64,000 nt of DNA from a virus (lineage: Duplodnaviria > Caudoviricetes), in the IMG/VR virus record IMGVR_UViG_3300037455_000221, positions 1-64,000 of that record; one strand, given 5' to 3'. The position numbers and the translations under genes are program-made. The notes below the pieces were generated by a model, which did not search any database, was not told where the DNA came from, and saw nothing but the letters and a program-made list of their open reading frames with translations. This document shows, piece after piece, positions 17,514-27,120 of the stretch (positions are counted from its first letter, which is position 1; every line of letters begins with the position of its first letter).

Positions 17514-18156
17514 GCGCGGAGCCCTTGTGGGCGGACTGATTACGGTGGCGGCGCTGGTGCTGGGGGCATCGGCAATAGCGGGCAAGTTTGTGGCCCAGGA
17601 GCAGCAGATTACGGAGCTGCATCAGCAGATGGAGTCGATGGCGGCAACAGCTGCGGAGCGCGAGGCGGAGTTGAGGCACGAGATTGTGGTGCTGACTGAT
17701 CAAAAGGACGCGCTGGAGCTGGATGTGGCAATGCTTAAGGAAGAGAATGTGGCGCTTACTGAGGAGCTGTCATATCTGCATTACATACTCGACGATCCTA
17801 TGGCATTGTTTAGTGAGAAATTAATCGAGTTAACACCTGAAGACGAGCGATTATTAATGGGGATTGCAATGAATGAGGCCGGCAATCAAGGTGTAATCGG
17901 AAAGGCCTTAGTTATATTGACCGTCCTCAATCGTTGCGAAAGAACCGGAGCCAGTGTGCGCGACATCATATATGCGCCAAACCAGTACTATACTGTGGGC
18001 ATGGGCGGCTATGATGAAGAGTGCGAGATTGCGTTGCTGATGGTGTGTGCCGGATGGGATGGTTCCCAGGGGAGTAGATTTTTCTGCTCGGCCGGCGGAT
18101 ATAATGCATATGGTGAGCCAAAGTTCAGATACCGTGATCATTGGTTTAGTGCTTAA
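17506..18156 (+). CDS. SleB/Hydrolase_2 family cell-wall hydrolase with membrane anchor and coiled coil
   Basis: IAMNEAGNQ...V.LNR, IIYAPNQY and terminal HWF; catalytic Glu present. Confidence 0.85.
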   Translation: MSERGALVGGLITVAALVLGASAIAGKFVAQEQQITELHQQMESMAATAAEREAELRHEIVVLTDQKDALELDVAMLKEENVALTEELSYLHYILDDPMALFSEKLIELTPEDERLLMGIAMNEAGNQGVIGKALVILTVLNRCERTGASVRDIIYAPNQYYTVGMGGYDEECEIALLMVCAGWDGSQGSRFFCSAGGYNAYGEPKFRYRDHWFSA

Positions 18157-18193
18157 GTTGACAATATAATATATAGAATGGAGTAAATTAAAT

Positions 18194-18532
18194 ATGAAGA
18201 AATGTTGCGTGTGTGGCGGTGTTGTTGCGGATGGCGAAGGTTATGAGTCGCTGGGCTATATATTTCATGAGAAGTGTTTGCCCAAGTTTCCGCTGAAAGA
18301 TAAGACAAGGTGTTACTACTGCCACAAGATCATGCGCAAAGGCGATATGGTTACGGCGCTTGATGATCTTGGACAAGGAAGTTCGAGGGATCTGGCGTGT
18401 GAGAAATGTGTAAGGAAACATTATGGACGAGGAAATGACAAACCAAATAAGAAAGTCGGGGGCGGTGTGCGACATATGTCTGAGGGAACAGAGGCGCGTA
18501 CCGGCGACACATATATTCCCTGTGAAGACTAG
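18194..18532 (+). CDS. double zinc-finger (LIM-like) protein
   Basis: CxxC-x17-HxxC ... CxxC-x25-CxxC. Confidence 0.6.
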   Translation: MKKCCVCGGVVADGEGYESLGYIFHEKCLPKFPLKDKTRCYYCHKIMRKGDMVTALDDLGQGSSRDLACEKCVRKHYGRGNDKPNKKVGGGVRHMSEGTEARTGDTYIPCED

Positions 18533-18626
18533 TCGTTACTATTTTGTTTGTGATAGGCACTACTCCTTCCTCCGCTTTACCGGCGGAGTGACGGAGGAGC
18601 AGTATTATCAGCTTAAAGAGGAATAG
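18423..18626 (+). CDS. small zinc-finger protein
   Basis: CDIC...CDRH; overlaps previous ORF. Confidence 0.5.
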   Translation: MDEEMTNQIRKSGAVCDICLREQRRVPATHIFPVKTSRYYFVCDRHYSFLRFTGGVTEEQYYQLKEE

Positions 18627-18640
18627 GGAGGTGATAACCG

Positions 18641-21172
18641 TTGGGGCAATACGGTTATAAGATTAGCAACTTTGAGGCGGGATCAGTGTACGAGGTGCAG
18701 TGTGGTGTAAGAAAGAAGTACGATTCAAAGCAAGCCATGTTGACCAACTCACTGTTCCTTGACTTTTTGAAAGCAAATGGATTAAGTACGCGCAATGAAA
18801 AGTATACGCGCGATGTGATCTGTCTCAACTTTAATTACGGAAGCCGCACATACGAGGACGAGTTGGCCCGCATCGATGTGGCGCTGGAGGTGGATCCCGA
18901 CAACACATATCTCAAGGCGTTGCGCGAAGAATGTGTGGCCAACAAAGACAAGTTCGATTGTAAGAGCGCGGACGAGATCCGCAAATTGTTCTATGAAAAC
19001 GGAGTGACGATCCACTATAAGAATGGCGACGTGAAGTACAAGTATCTGTACCGCACGGCCGGCAAGGCTAAGGTGGGATCGTGTATGTTTATAAAGCAAA
19101 GTCTATATAAGAAGGCACACGACTTCCTCTATATGGGCCTCAAGCTCCCAAAGCACGATGCGCCAATTACGGAGTTTGGGGCATACACATCGCTGGTGAC
19201 CTCAACCATTGTGGGCAAGATCGAGATCAATCCGGAGGATATAGTAATACTGAAGGACGTAAGGTCGGAGTTCAAGACTAATGTGGTGAGCGTGGAGGTT
19301 GAGAACAACCAATGCAAGGCGGTGTACCGCAGAGACTACACGTTGGGATGCGACATGTTCGATGGTCAGGCACTGATTGATCTGTCCATATGTCCGGAAT
19401 GGACAAACGGATATGTGCTGTTGCGCCAACACTTTACAAAGGCGGCAGCGTTCGCCACAGATATCCAGGGCTTTCTCAAGGACTATTTTGGTCAGGATTA
19501 TGATACAGCTTATCTGACGGATATGTGGGGCAATAAACACTTGGCCAAGAATGTCAAGGTGATCACAACCAACAATGCTTGCAAGTGGATTAAGTACGAT
19601 TATCCTTATGAGAAGTGGTGCGAGAAGGTGCGCGAGAATGGATCGATGTTCGGGGTGGTCAAGACAGCACATCCAAGTAAGTATGGCGACTATCAGAGAA
19701 TGTCTTACCAGATGGTGAACGCACTTAACAATGACTTTGTGGAAGAGGTGGCGGCACCAACACGCGATTATGTAAAGGCACTCAAAACAGATCTGAATAC
19801 GTTCCTCGACTTCTTAAGGAGGAACGCTAATTTCTCAAATGACTACGAGGCGCTGCTGGCAATATGGACTCAGGATCATACATTTGAGCAGAGTGAATAT
19901 TTCAGGGAGCGCAAGAAGAAAATAATTTACGACTATACAATGTCGATAAAGACCGGTAAACTTCTGCAGAACGCAGACAACCTTACAATATGCGGAAGCC
20001 CATATGCAATGCTGCTGCATTCAGTGGGTGAGGATGTAAGTAAGGATCCCACCTTTGAAGTGGAGGACGATGCAATACAATGCTACTCAGAAAGATTTGA
20101 GGACGGTGAGTATTTGGCGGAGTTCAGAAATCCTTTTAATTCCCAAAACAATTTGGGATATCTGCACAACCACTTACATCCGTTAATTAAGAAATACTTC
20201 AGATTAGGAAAGTTATGTATAGCTGTTAACCTTCAGGGCACGAGCTTCTGTGATAGGAACAACGGCAGCGATCAGGATAGCGACAGCATCTACACGACTA
20301 ACGCGCCAGCGATAGTCGAACATGCGAAGTATTGTTACCAAGTTTATCCGACAGTAGTTAACAACATACCAAAGAGTAAGAAATCATACGACTCCTCTCC
20401 CGCCGCTTTTGCACAGATGGATAATGCTTTAAGTGCAAGCCAAAGGAATATCGGGGAATCAAGTAATCTGGCCCAAGTATGTTTGACATATACATATAAT
20501 TATCCGGATCAAAAATATAAAGACTACGCTTGCATCCTAGCTGTGCTTGCACAGGCAGCTATAGATAGCAGTAAGCGTACATTCTCAATAGATATCACAA
20601 ATGAAATCAAACGTATCCGTGCCGACATCGGCATTAAGGACAACAAATATCCGCCATTCTGGCAACAGATCCGAAAAGGATTCCCAGTAAATAGAATTAA
20701 TTTCAAACTCGACTCACCTATGTGTAGGTTATATAAGATGGAGTTTGAATCATATAAACCAACAACAGAAACAATACCCACGGCAAACTTCTTCCAAAAG
20801 TTTCCGCTGGACATGAGTAAGAAGACGTCACGTAATGTTGAAGAACTTATACAGAAATATCAACTAGAATTGTTGGAAAGTAGAATTGATAAAGATGAAG
20901 ATACACGAGACCTGGAATCTTATCTCCTACTCAGGGAAGATTTTGATCAGCTCGTTGATGATATAAGGCGTATAGCACTGCCTAGTAGATATATAGGATT
21001 GTTTAGTTGGTTACTTGATCGTGCATTTATTATGACAGACAAGATGGAACAACAAACAGCCGGTTTGAAGAGTAAGTTAAATAAGAATAGATCAATCTTA
21101 TTAAGGGTTCTATACGAGGTAAATCCTGAAGCTTTACTTAAGTGTTTCTCAAAAAATCTGCAAAATACGTGA
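18641..21172 (+). CDS. yonO: YonO-like single-chain two-barrel DNA-dependent RNA polymerase
   Basis: 843 aa; FDGQ, R..F.K.A, RNP and catalytic DxDxD (GSDQDSD), AIDSSK; SPbeta-like position before the late genes. Confidence 0.85.
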   Translation: MGQYGYKISNFEAGSVYEVQCGVRKKYDSKQAMLTNSLFLDFLKANGLSTRNEKYTRDVICLNFNYGSRTYEDELARIDVALEVDPDNTYLKALREECVANKDKFDCKSADEIRKLFYENGVTIHYKNGDVKYKYLYRTAGKAKVGSCMFIKQSLYKKAHDFLYMGLKLPKHDAPITEFGAYTSLVTSTIVGKIEINPEDIVILKDVRSEFKTNVVSVEVENNQCKAVYRRDYTLGCDMFDGQALIDLSICPEWTNGYVLLRQHFTKAAAFATDIQGFLKDYFGQDYDTAYLTDMWGNKHLAKNVKVITTNNACKWIKYDYPYEKWCEKVRENGSMFGVVKTAHPSKYGDYQRMSYQMVNALNNDFVEEVAAPTRDYVKALKTDLNTFLDFLRRNANFSNDYEALLAIWTQDHTFEQSEYFRERKKKIIYDYTMSIKTGKLLQNADNLTICGSPYAMLLHSVGEDVSKDPTFEVEDDAIQCYSERFEDGEYLAEFRNPFNSQNNLGYLHNHLHPLIKKYFRLGKLCIAVNLQGTSFCDRNNGSDQDSDSIYTTNAPAIVEHAKYCYQVYPTVVNNIPKSKKSYDSSPAAFAQMDNALSASQRNIGESSNLAQVCLTYTYNYPDQKYKDYACILAVLAQAAIDSSKRTFSIDITNEIKRIRADIGIKDNKYPPFWQQIRKGFPVNRINFKLDSPMCRLYKMEFESYKPTTETIPTANFFQKFPLDMSKKTSRNVEELIQKYQLELLESRIDKDEDTRDLESYLLLREDFDQLVDDIRRIALPSRYIGLFSWLLDRAFIMTDKMEQQTAGLKSKLNKNRSILLRVLYEVNPEALLKCFSKNLQNT

Positions 21173-21320
21173 TTTTTGGATACCCCTCCTTGTATGTCAC
21201 GCCCTACAAACCGCATGGTTGACACATTCTTAACAAAATAACAAAGTCCGTGTATGAAAGGGAGTCGGCGCACTGCTGACTCCCGGCAGCGGATAAAAGG
21301 ATAAAAGGAAGGAAATAGAT

Positions 21321-21953
21321 ATGACTATAAACAAAGACATTATTGATCTTAGTTCTATTTTTAACGACGATAAAGCTGGTGTTTACGATAAATTAACCGC
21401 CGGGTTTTTACAAAACAGAATATTGATATTTAATGAAGATATAACCGCAATGGTTATTGACGATGCTATCTCATGGATCCTTCAGTGGAATATTGAGGAT
21501 CTGCTTATCCCCAAGAAGGAGCGTATGCCTATTACAATCTTTATGCACAGCTATGGCGGAGATATGTATGCGGCTGGCCCTATGATTGATATTATACGAA
21601 GCTCTGAAACTCCTATAAGAGTGGTCGGGCTTGGCCTGGTTGCATCTGCAGCTTATCTAATCTATCTGGCAGCTGATGAAAGGTATGCATTTAAGAACAG
21701 TATCTTCCTTCAGCATGATGGCGAGATCGATGTGCAGAACTCTTCCGGTAAGGCAAAGGATACAATGGCATTCTTTGACGGAATGAATGAGCGTGTTAAG
21801 CAGTATGTGCTTGATCGTACGACTATTGATGAAGAGCTGTATGACAAGAACAAGGATCGCGAAATGTATATGTATGCGGATCGCGCTAAGGAACTGGGAA
21901 TTGTAAACAAGATAATTGGAGAAGACATTGCTCTAAAGGCAATATTCAAATAA
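21321..21953 (+). CDS. clpP: ClpP (S14) family protease
   Basis: RILIFNEDI, HSYGG, VASAA (Ser), FLQH (His), DREMYM.A..A.ELG.V. Confidence 0.85.
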   Translation: MTINKDIIDLSSIFNDDKAGVYDKLTAGFLQNRILIFNEDITAMVIDDAISWILQWNIEDLLIPKKERMPITIFMHSYGGDMYAAGPMIDIIRSSETPIRVVGLGLVASAAYLIYLAADERYAFKNSIFLQHDGEIDVQNSSGKAKDTMAFFDGMNERVKQYVLDRTTIDEELYDKNKDREMYMYADRAKELGIVNKIIGEDIALKAIFK

Positions 21954-21968
21954 TGAGGAAAGGGATCG

Positions 21969-23186
21969 ATGGAATCAATAGAAAAGGAACTCGCGAAGAT
22001 AGGAATGTCTGTTGATGAATATGAACAGTGTCTATCTGATATCGTCGATAAACTCGACGGAAGTCTTGATATCGACTGGGAAGAACTTAAAAATATGTAC
22101 GGCATTCCGTACGCCACCGATGTTTTAAGAAAAGCTAACGGCACACTTTTTGGCGGGTATGCTGTTAGTAAGTATTATAGAGATAAATATAGTAAAGTTG
22201 ATGATATCAGTTTTACTGATCAGCTTTATGAATTAAAGAAAGAGAAGCATAAGGTTCAGACTGAAAAGCTTGAGCTGAATAAAAATCTCAGAGAAGTTGC
22301 CAGAGACGAACTGATCACTGAGCATATCAAAGAGGCTATTGCTACTCTTCCACCCATTAAGATTCCTAAGAGGATTGAGGTGGCCAAGGGTGATCGTGAG
22401 TACTTACTGTGTTTTGCTGATTGTCATTACGGCATCGAGTTTGACATTAAGGATCTTTTTGGAAATACGATCAACGCTTATAGCCCTGAAATATTTGAAA
22501 TGAGAATGAGTGCGTTGTTCTTTGAGGTGCTGGATACAGTTGCCAAGGAGAAGATACGTAAACTTTCTATATGGGAGCTGGGCGATGCAATTCAGGGTAT
22601 GCTGCGCCTTAATTCACAGCTTATGCAGTTAAGGTATGGTGTGATTGAATCATCAATTCTTTATGCTGAGTATGTTGCCAACTGGCTGAGTGCGCTTAGT
22701 GAATATGTGGCTATTGATTTTCAGATGGTGGCAGATAGTAATCATAATCAGCTCAGACTTTGTGGTGCGCCTAAGAACGCATTTCCTGACGAGAATATGA
22801 GCAAGGTTATTAACTCATTCCTTAAAGAAAGACTTAAGAACAATCCTAATATTACTTTGACCGAAAATCCTACCGGTATGAACTATGGCGAATTTGCCGG
22901 AAGTAAAGTGCTGGGTATTCATGGTGAAGTAAAAGATCTGAGTACGGCAATTAACGATCTTAGCCGTGCATATAATGTGTCCATTGACTATGTGATTGCC
23001 GGACATAAGCATCATGCTGAGAATATTGAAGTCGGCACAAATGCGGAGGCAATCCATATCAGAAGCATCATTGGAGTAGATCCGTTTGGTATGTCACTTA
23101 ATAGAACATCTAATGCAGGAGCTTCAATGTTTGTCTTTGAAGAAGGCAAAGGCAAAGTGTGCGAATATACTTACAAACTTAATTGA
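21969..23186 (+). CDS. calcineurin-like metallophosphoesterase with N-terminal coiled coil
   Basis: DCHYG, LGD, SNH, IHG, GHKHH metal-binding motifs. Confidence 0.8.
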   Translation: MESIEKELAKIGMSVDEYEQCLSDIVDKLDGSLDIDWEELKNMYGIPYATDVLRKANGTLFGGYAVSKYYRDKYSKVDDISFTDQLYELKKEKHKVQTEKLELNKNLREVARDELITEHIKEAIATLPPIKIPKRIEVAKGDREYLLCFADCHYGIEFDIKDLFGNTINAYSPEIFEMRMSALFFEVLDTVAKEKIRKLSIWELGDAIQGMLRLNSQLMQLRYGVIESSILYAEYVANWLSALSEYVAIDFQMVADSNHNQLRLCGAPKNAFPDENMSKVINSFLKERLKNNPNITLTENPTGMNYGEFAGSKVLGIHGEVKDLSTAINDLSRAYNVSIDYVIAGHKHHAENIEVGTNAEAIHIRSIIGVDPFGMSLNRTSNAGASMFVFEEGKGKVCEYTYKLN

Positions 23187-23292
23187 TAATCTCAAGGGGG
23201 TGCTAGCGCTCCTTTGTTATTATAAAAACATCCTTCCTTCCGATATAGCGTTCTGCGTGCTGCCGTCCTGGCGGTATGCGGGGCGCTTTCTT

Positions 23293-23358
23293 GGTGTGTC
23301 TGGCTATAGGGACAATGAGTGCCCATGTTAAGGAAAGGTTCGAATCCTTCCCACACCT
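23293..23358 (+). ncRNA. degenerate tRNA-like element
   Basis: GGTGTG/CACACC acceptor-like stem and T-arm AAGG-TTCGAAT-CCTT; no canonical D or anticodon arm. Confidence 0.45.
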
Positions 23359-23504
23359 CTGACTCTGTAAGGATACGGAGTCCGCATATATTGCTATGGC
23401 GATGGTGGCCGCCGGAAAATAGTCACCTTAAATGGAACGTACTTAACTGTCCTTCGGGCGTTAGGTCTAAATAATTGGGGTATGCGTTTGAGAATGCATA
23501 CTTG

Positions 23505-23531
23505 AGGGGCTGGAGGAATTCAGCCCCTTTT
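23505..23531 (+). terminator. intrinsic terminator-like hairpin
   Basis: aggggctgga-ggaa-ttcagcccct followed by TTT. Confidence 0.5.
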
Positions 23532-23553
23532 GAATTAATGGAGAAAAAAGATT

Positions 23554-24636
23554 ATGGCGACAAACTTACAATACGCGCCTTTAGAGGACGCGGACAAGAA
23601 AATCGGCGTCGCTGATATGCGTAGAATATACAGCAAGTTTGCCGAAACATATAACAAGATGCTCGATTGTGACATTATGTACTGTCCAAAGTGTGATCAA
23701 TGGAAACGTAACACTGGGCAGCACACGGGGTTTTACAGAGATGAACGCTTTAGAGCGGGCTATTTTCCGCTGTGTAAAGAATGCGTTCAAATGATTGTTG
23801 AACAGAGAAAACGCGAGAATGACACACCTAATGAAACCAAAGAGAGTGTGATGAAGGTTCTTGAACTTATGGATAAACCTTATTATGACGAATTGTACTG
23901 TACTTGTATCAGAGGTGTAGAGGAACATAAGAATGATCCTGGCAGTAGAAAGAATTACCAGTCTCCTTTTGCAATCTATATCACACAGATACAGAGCCTT
24001 CCTCAACATAAGGGTAAGAAATGGAAAGATAGTAAATTCGGTAGTTATGAGCAACGTCCGGTTGAAGAGACGTTTGACGAGAGCTCTGATTTTTTTAAGA
24101 AGGCGAAAGAACACTTCGGTAATGAGTATTCGCTGCCTGATCTGAATTTCTTAGAGAAGGAATATTCAGATTGGTGTGAGCGTAATGAGTGTAATACTAA
24201 AGCTCAAGAAGAAGTATATAAGAATATAGCGTTCACTCAGCTTGAACTGCATAAGGCAAGACTTAATGGTGAGCCTACAGATAAGCTGACTGCTACTCTG
24301 CAGAAACTAATGGAGACCGGCAATATTACACCTAGGCAGACTAAGACGGATATTACTAATGGTATTGAATCATTTGGACAACTGATACAGAAGTTCGAAG
24401 AGACAAGACCAATACCGGATCCTGATCCCGATTTGGCTGACGTTGACAAAATCGGGAAATATATTAGTGTGTTCTTTCTTGGTCATCTTGCAAAGATGAT
24501 AGGTATCAAGAATAAATATTCAAAGATGTATGACGATTATATGAGGCAGTATTCTGCTAAACGTCGCGAGTTTAAAGGTGATGAGGATTCCGAAGATATA
24601 TTCGCGAAAGTATTTGGTGGCTTGACAGATGAGTGA
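23554..24636 (+). CDS. putative terminase small subunit / packaging-associated protein
   Basis: Zn-finger CxxC...CxxC N-terminus; overlaps the TerL start. Confidence 0.55.
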   Translation: MATNLQYAPLEDADKKIGVADMRRIYSKFAETYNKMLDCDIMYCPKCDQWKRNTGQHTGFYRDERFRAGYFPLCKECVQMIVEQRKRENDTPNETKESVMKVLELMDKPYYDELYCTCIRGVEEHKNDPGSRKNYQSPFAIYITQIQSLPQHKGKKWKDSKFGSYEQRPVEETFDESSDFFKKAKEHFGNEYSLPDLNFLEKEYSDWCERNECNTKAQEEVYKNIAFTQLELHKARLNGEPTDKLTATLQKLMETGNITPRQTKTDITNGIESFGQLIQKFEETRPIPDPDPDLADVDKIGKYISVFFLGHLAKMIGIKNKYSKMYDDYMRQYSAKRREFKGDEDSEDIFAKVFGGLTDE

Positions 24637-26398
24637 AAAGAAAACTCTTGCTCAAGTTCAGCAAGAAAAGAATGATCGCATAATGGATGGGGTCGGCATG
24701 TGGACGGCGTACTATCGTGCAAATCCTCAGCGCTTTGCTGCCGACTTTTTAAATATGCAATTAAAAGTATTCCAGAAGATATTACTTTACATCATGAACT
24801 TGATGACTGTAATGTCTTTTTTCGCATCAAGAGGTTTAGGTAAGACTTATATTGTTGCACTGTATTGTGTAATCAGATGTATTCTTTATCCTGGCACTAA
24901 AGTGTGCGTGGCTTCCGGAGTACGATCTCAGGCTACTGAGATAATTGGTAAGATAAATGACGACTTCCTAAAACTGCATGGTTGGGGAAGTGAAAACTTA
25001 CGTAATGAAATAAAAGAAATAAGCATGTCGATTAATAATCCACATGTTGACTTTAAAAATGGTTCGTTTATTAAATGTGTAACGGCAAGTGATAATGCTC
25101 TTGGAAACCGTGCTACTATCCTCATTGTTGATGAATGTAAGTTAGTGCCACGTGATATTATCCAAAGAGTGCTTAGACCCTTCCTTACATCATTAAGACA
25201 GCCGCCGTATCTTAATCTTCCTGAATATAAAAACAATCCTAAATATCAAGAAAGAAATACTGAGATATATATTACATCCGCTTACTATAAGAGTTCGTGG
25301 ACATATGACAAATGTAAGTCAGATGCGAGTATGATGCTTGATGATACTAAGAAATATTTTTGTTGTGGATTGCCATATCAGATTGGTATCAAGGATGGCA
25401 TATATTCAAAGGAAGCCGTTGAGGATGAGATGGCTGAATCCGATTTTAATCCTATTACGTTTATGATGGAACGTGAAGCACTCTTCTATGGTGAGGCTGA
25501 AAATGCATTCTTTGCATTTGATAGTCTTGTTGAACGTCGTGTGATTAAGAATGCGTTCTTGCCACTTCAGATGTATGAGAAGCGTGGTATTAATGTTCCT
25601 GATCTTGTAGATGGAGAACGTCGTATATTGTCGGTTGACGTGGCACTTATGTCGAGTAAGACGCATAATAACGACGCGTCAGCATTTGCAATTAATGTAG
25701 CTACACCTACTAACAACGGATATGCATCACACATTGTGTATATGCAAACATTTGAAGGTAAGACTACGGATGAGATTGGTATAACTATAATGAGATACTT
25801 TAATCATTATAAGTGTACGGATCTTGTACTAGACGCACAGTCATTTGGCACGAGCGTATATGACTTTATCTGTCAACAGCAGTTCGATGCTGAGACTGGT
25901 GAGACATATGATGCGATGTGTTCATGTAATGATCAGTTGATGGCTGAGCGTTGCAAGGATAAGAGTGCTATTAAATGTGTATGGTGTATTAAAGCTTATG
26001 AGCAATTCAACTCTGAAGCTGCGGCTATGCTGCGTGCCGGAATACAGACTGGCAATCTCTCACTGTTAATCAATGAATATGATGCTGAAGATGTGGTTAA
26101 AAAAATTTCGGGCTATGCGAATATGACACCACAAGAACAGGCGTCATTACTTATGCCATATGCTCAGACTACTGCACTTATAAATGAAATGGTTAATCTT
26201 GAAGGTGAAGTAGTTGGAAATAAGATCCGACTTAGAGAACATGCGGGTATGCGTAAGGATAGGTTTTCAAGTGTTGAATACAACTATTATGTAGCACAAC
26301 TTATTGGTCGTGAAGCAAGTCGTAAGAACGACGAGACAACCAAATCATTACTCGATCTTATTGGTGGTTCAATAAGAAAAAGTTCTATTATTAAATAA
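24629..26398 (+). CDS. terminase large subunit
   Basis: Walker A SRGLGKT, Walker B ILIVDE, motif III ITSA, nuclease SVDVA ... KDRFSS. Confidence 0.92.
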   Translation: MSEKKTLAQVQQEKNDRIMDGVGMWTAYYRANPQRFAADFLNMQLKVFQKILLYIMNLMTVMSFFASRGLGKTYIVALYCVIRCILYPGTKVCVASGVRSQATEIIGKINDDFLKLHGWGSENLRNEIKEISMSINNPHVDFKNGSFIKCVTASDNALGNRATILIVDECKLVPRDIIQRVLRPFLTSLRQPPYLNLPEYKNNPKYQERNTEIYITSAYYKSSWTYDKCKSDASMMLDDTKKYFCCGLPYQIGIKDGIYSKEAVEDEMAESDFNPITFMMEREALFYGEAENAFFAFDSLVERRVIKNAFLPLQMYEKRGINVPDLVDGERRILSVDVALMSSKTHNNDASAFAINVATPTNNGYASHIVYMQTFEGKTTDEIGITIMRYFNHYKCTDLVLDAQSFGTSVYDFICQQQFDAETGETYDAMCSCNDQLMAERCKDKSAIKCVWCIKAYEQFNSEAAAMLRAGIQTGNLSLLINEYDAEDVVKKISGYANMTPQEQASLLMPYAQTTALINEMVNLEGEVVGNKIRLREHAGMRKDRFSSVEYNYYVAQLIGREASRKNDETTKSLLDLIGGSIRKSSIIK

Positions 26399-26497
26399 TT
26401 TCAGATAGGCGTGGAGCGAAAAGGCTAAACAAACTTTAAATATTCTGCGCGTTAGGGGAAACGTGATAATCCCTTGCCGAGTCTATCTGTTTACTTA

Positions 26498-26537
26498 GGC
26501 GGTGCGAGCCTCAAAACTTGCACCGCTATTTCTTTTT
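26498..26537 (+). terminator. intrinsic terminator
   Basis: gcggtgcgag...cttgcaccgc followed by a T-rich tract. Confidence 0.6.
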
Positions 26538-26605
26538 GATCGGTAATTCCCTGCCGTAATAGGGATAAACATATCTCTAAAAAATTTAAAGAAAGGGGAA
26601 GAACA

Positions 26606-27112
26606 ATGGATATAGTTTCTTATGTATTATCGAGAAAATATACGGATGAAACGGCTATAGAGTTTGGTGCCCTAAAAGGCGCTCCATGTACTATTAAGTC
26701 CATCGTCCATCAGGATGGACAAAATATAGTTACATTTGAATGGAAAAATAGCGATGGTGAAACTCGTTCCAGTGAAATGCGAGTCTTAGACGGAACACCC
26801 ATATACGTATGGGAATCTGGAGACCATTATAACTATGGTGATCTTGTTATTTATTCGGCAATGTTTTATAGATGCGTAGTCGAAAATAGCGATGTAACAT
26901 TTGATAGTACTAAGTGGGCTGAGATTGGTGGAGCCGATTCACAATATGATATCGTAGAAAACTCTTCGCAACTTCCGCCTCGATTTACTGCGGCGGATAG
27001 AAGGATGTATTACTCAATAGCAGATCGAGCCTTTTGGTTATGGAATGGAGAGGCGTGGGTTTTACAAGAACGAATAGCCACTACTGAGGAAATACTAGCA
27101 TTATTTGCGTGA
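26606..27112 (+). CDS. virion accessory protein with a CBM5/12-like module
   Basis: WESGDHYNYGDLVIY...FYRC...W; C-terminal IATTEEILALFA. Confidence 0.6.
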   Translation: MDIVSYVLSRKYTDETAIEFGALKGAPCTIKSIVHQDGQNIVTFEWKNSDGETRSSEMRVLDGTPIYVWESGDHYNYGDLVIYSAMFYRCVVENSDVTFDSTKWAEIGGADSQYDIVENSSQLPPRFTAADRRMYYSIADRAFWLWNGEAWVLQERIATTEEILALFA

Positions 27113-27120
27113 GGTGAATA

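Noticed and set aside
18158-18190. sigmaA promoter at TTGACA 18158
   Set aside because: No -10 hexamer at 16-18 bp spacing
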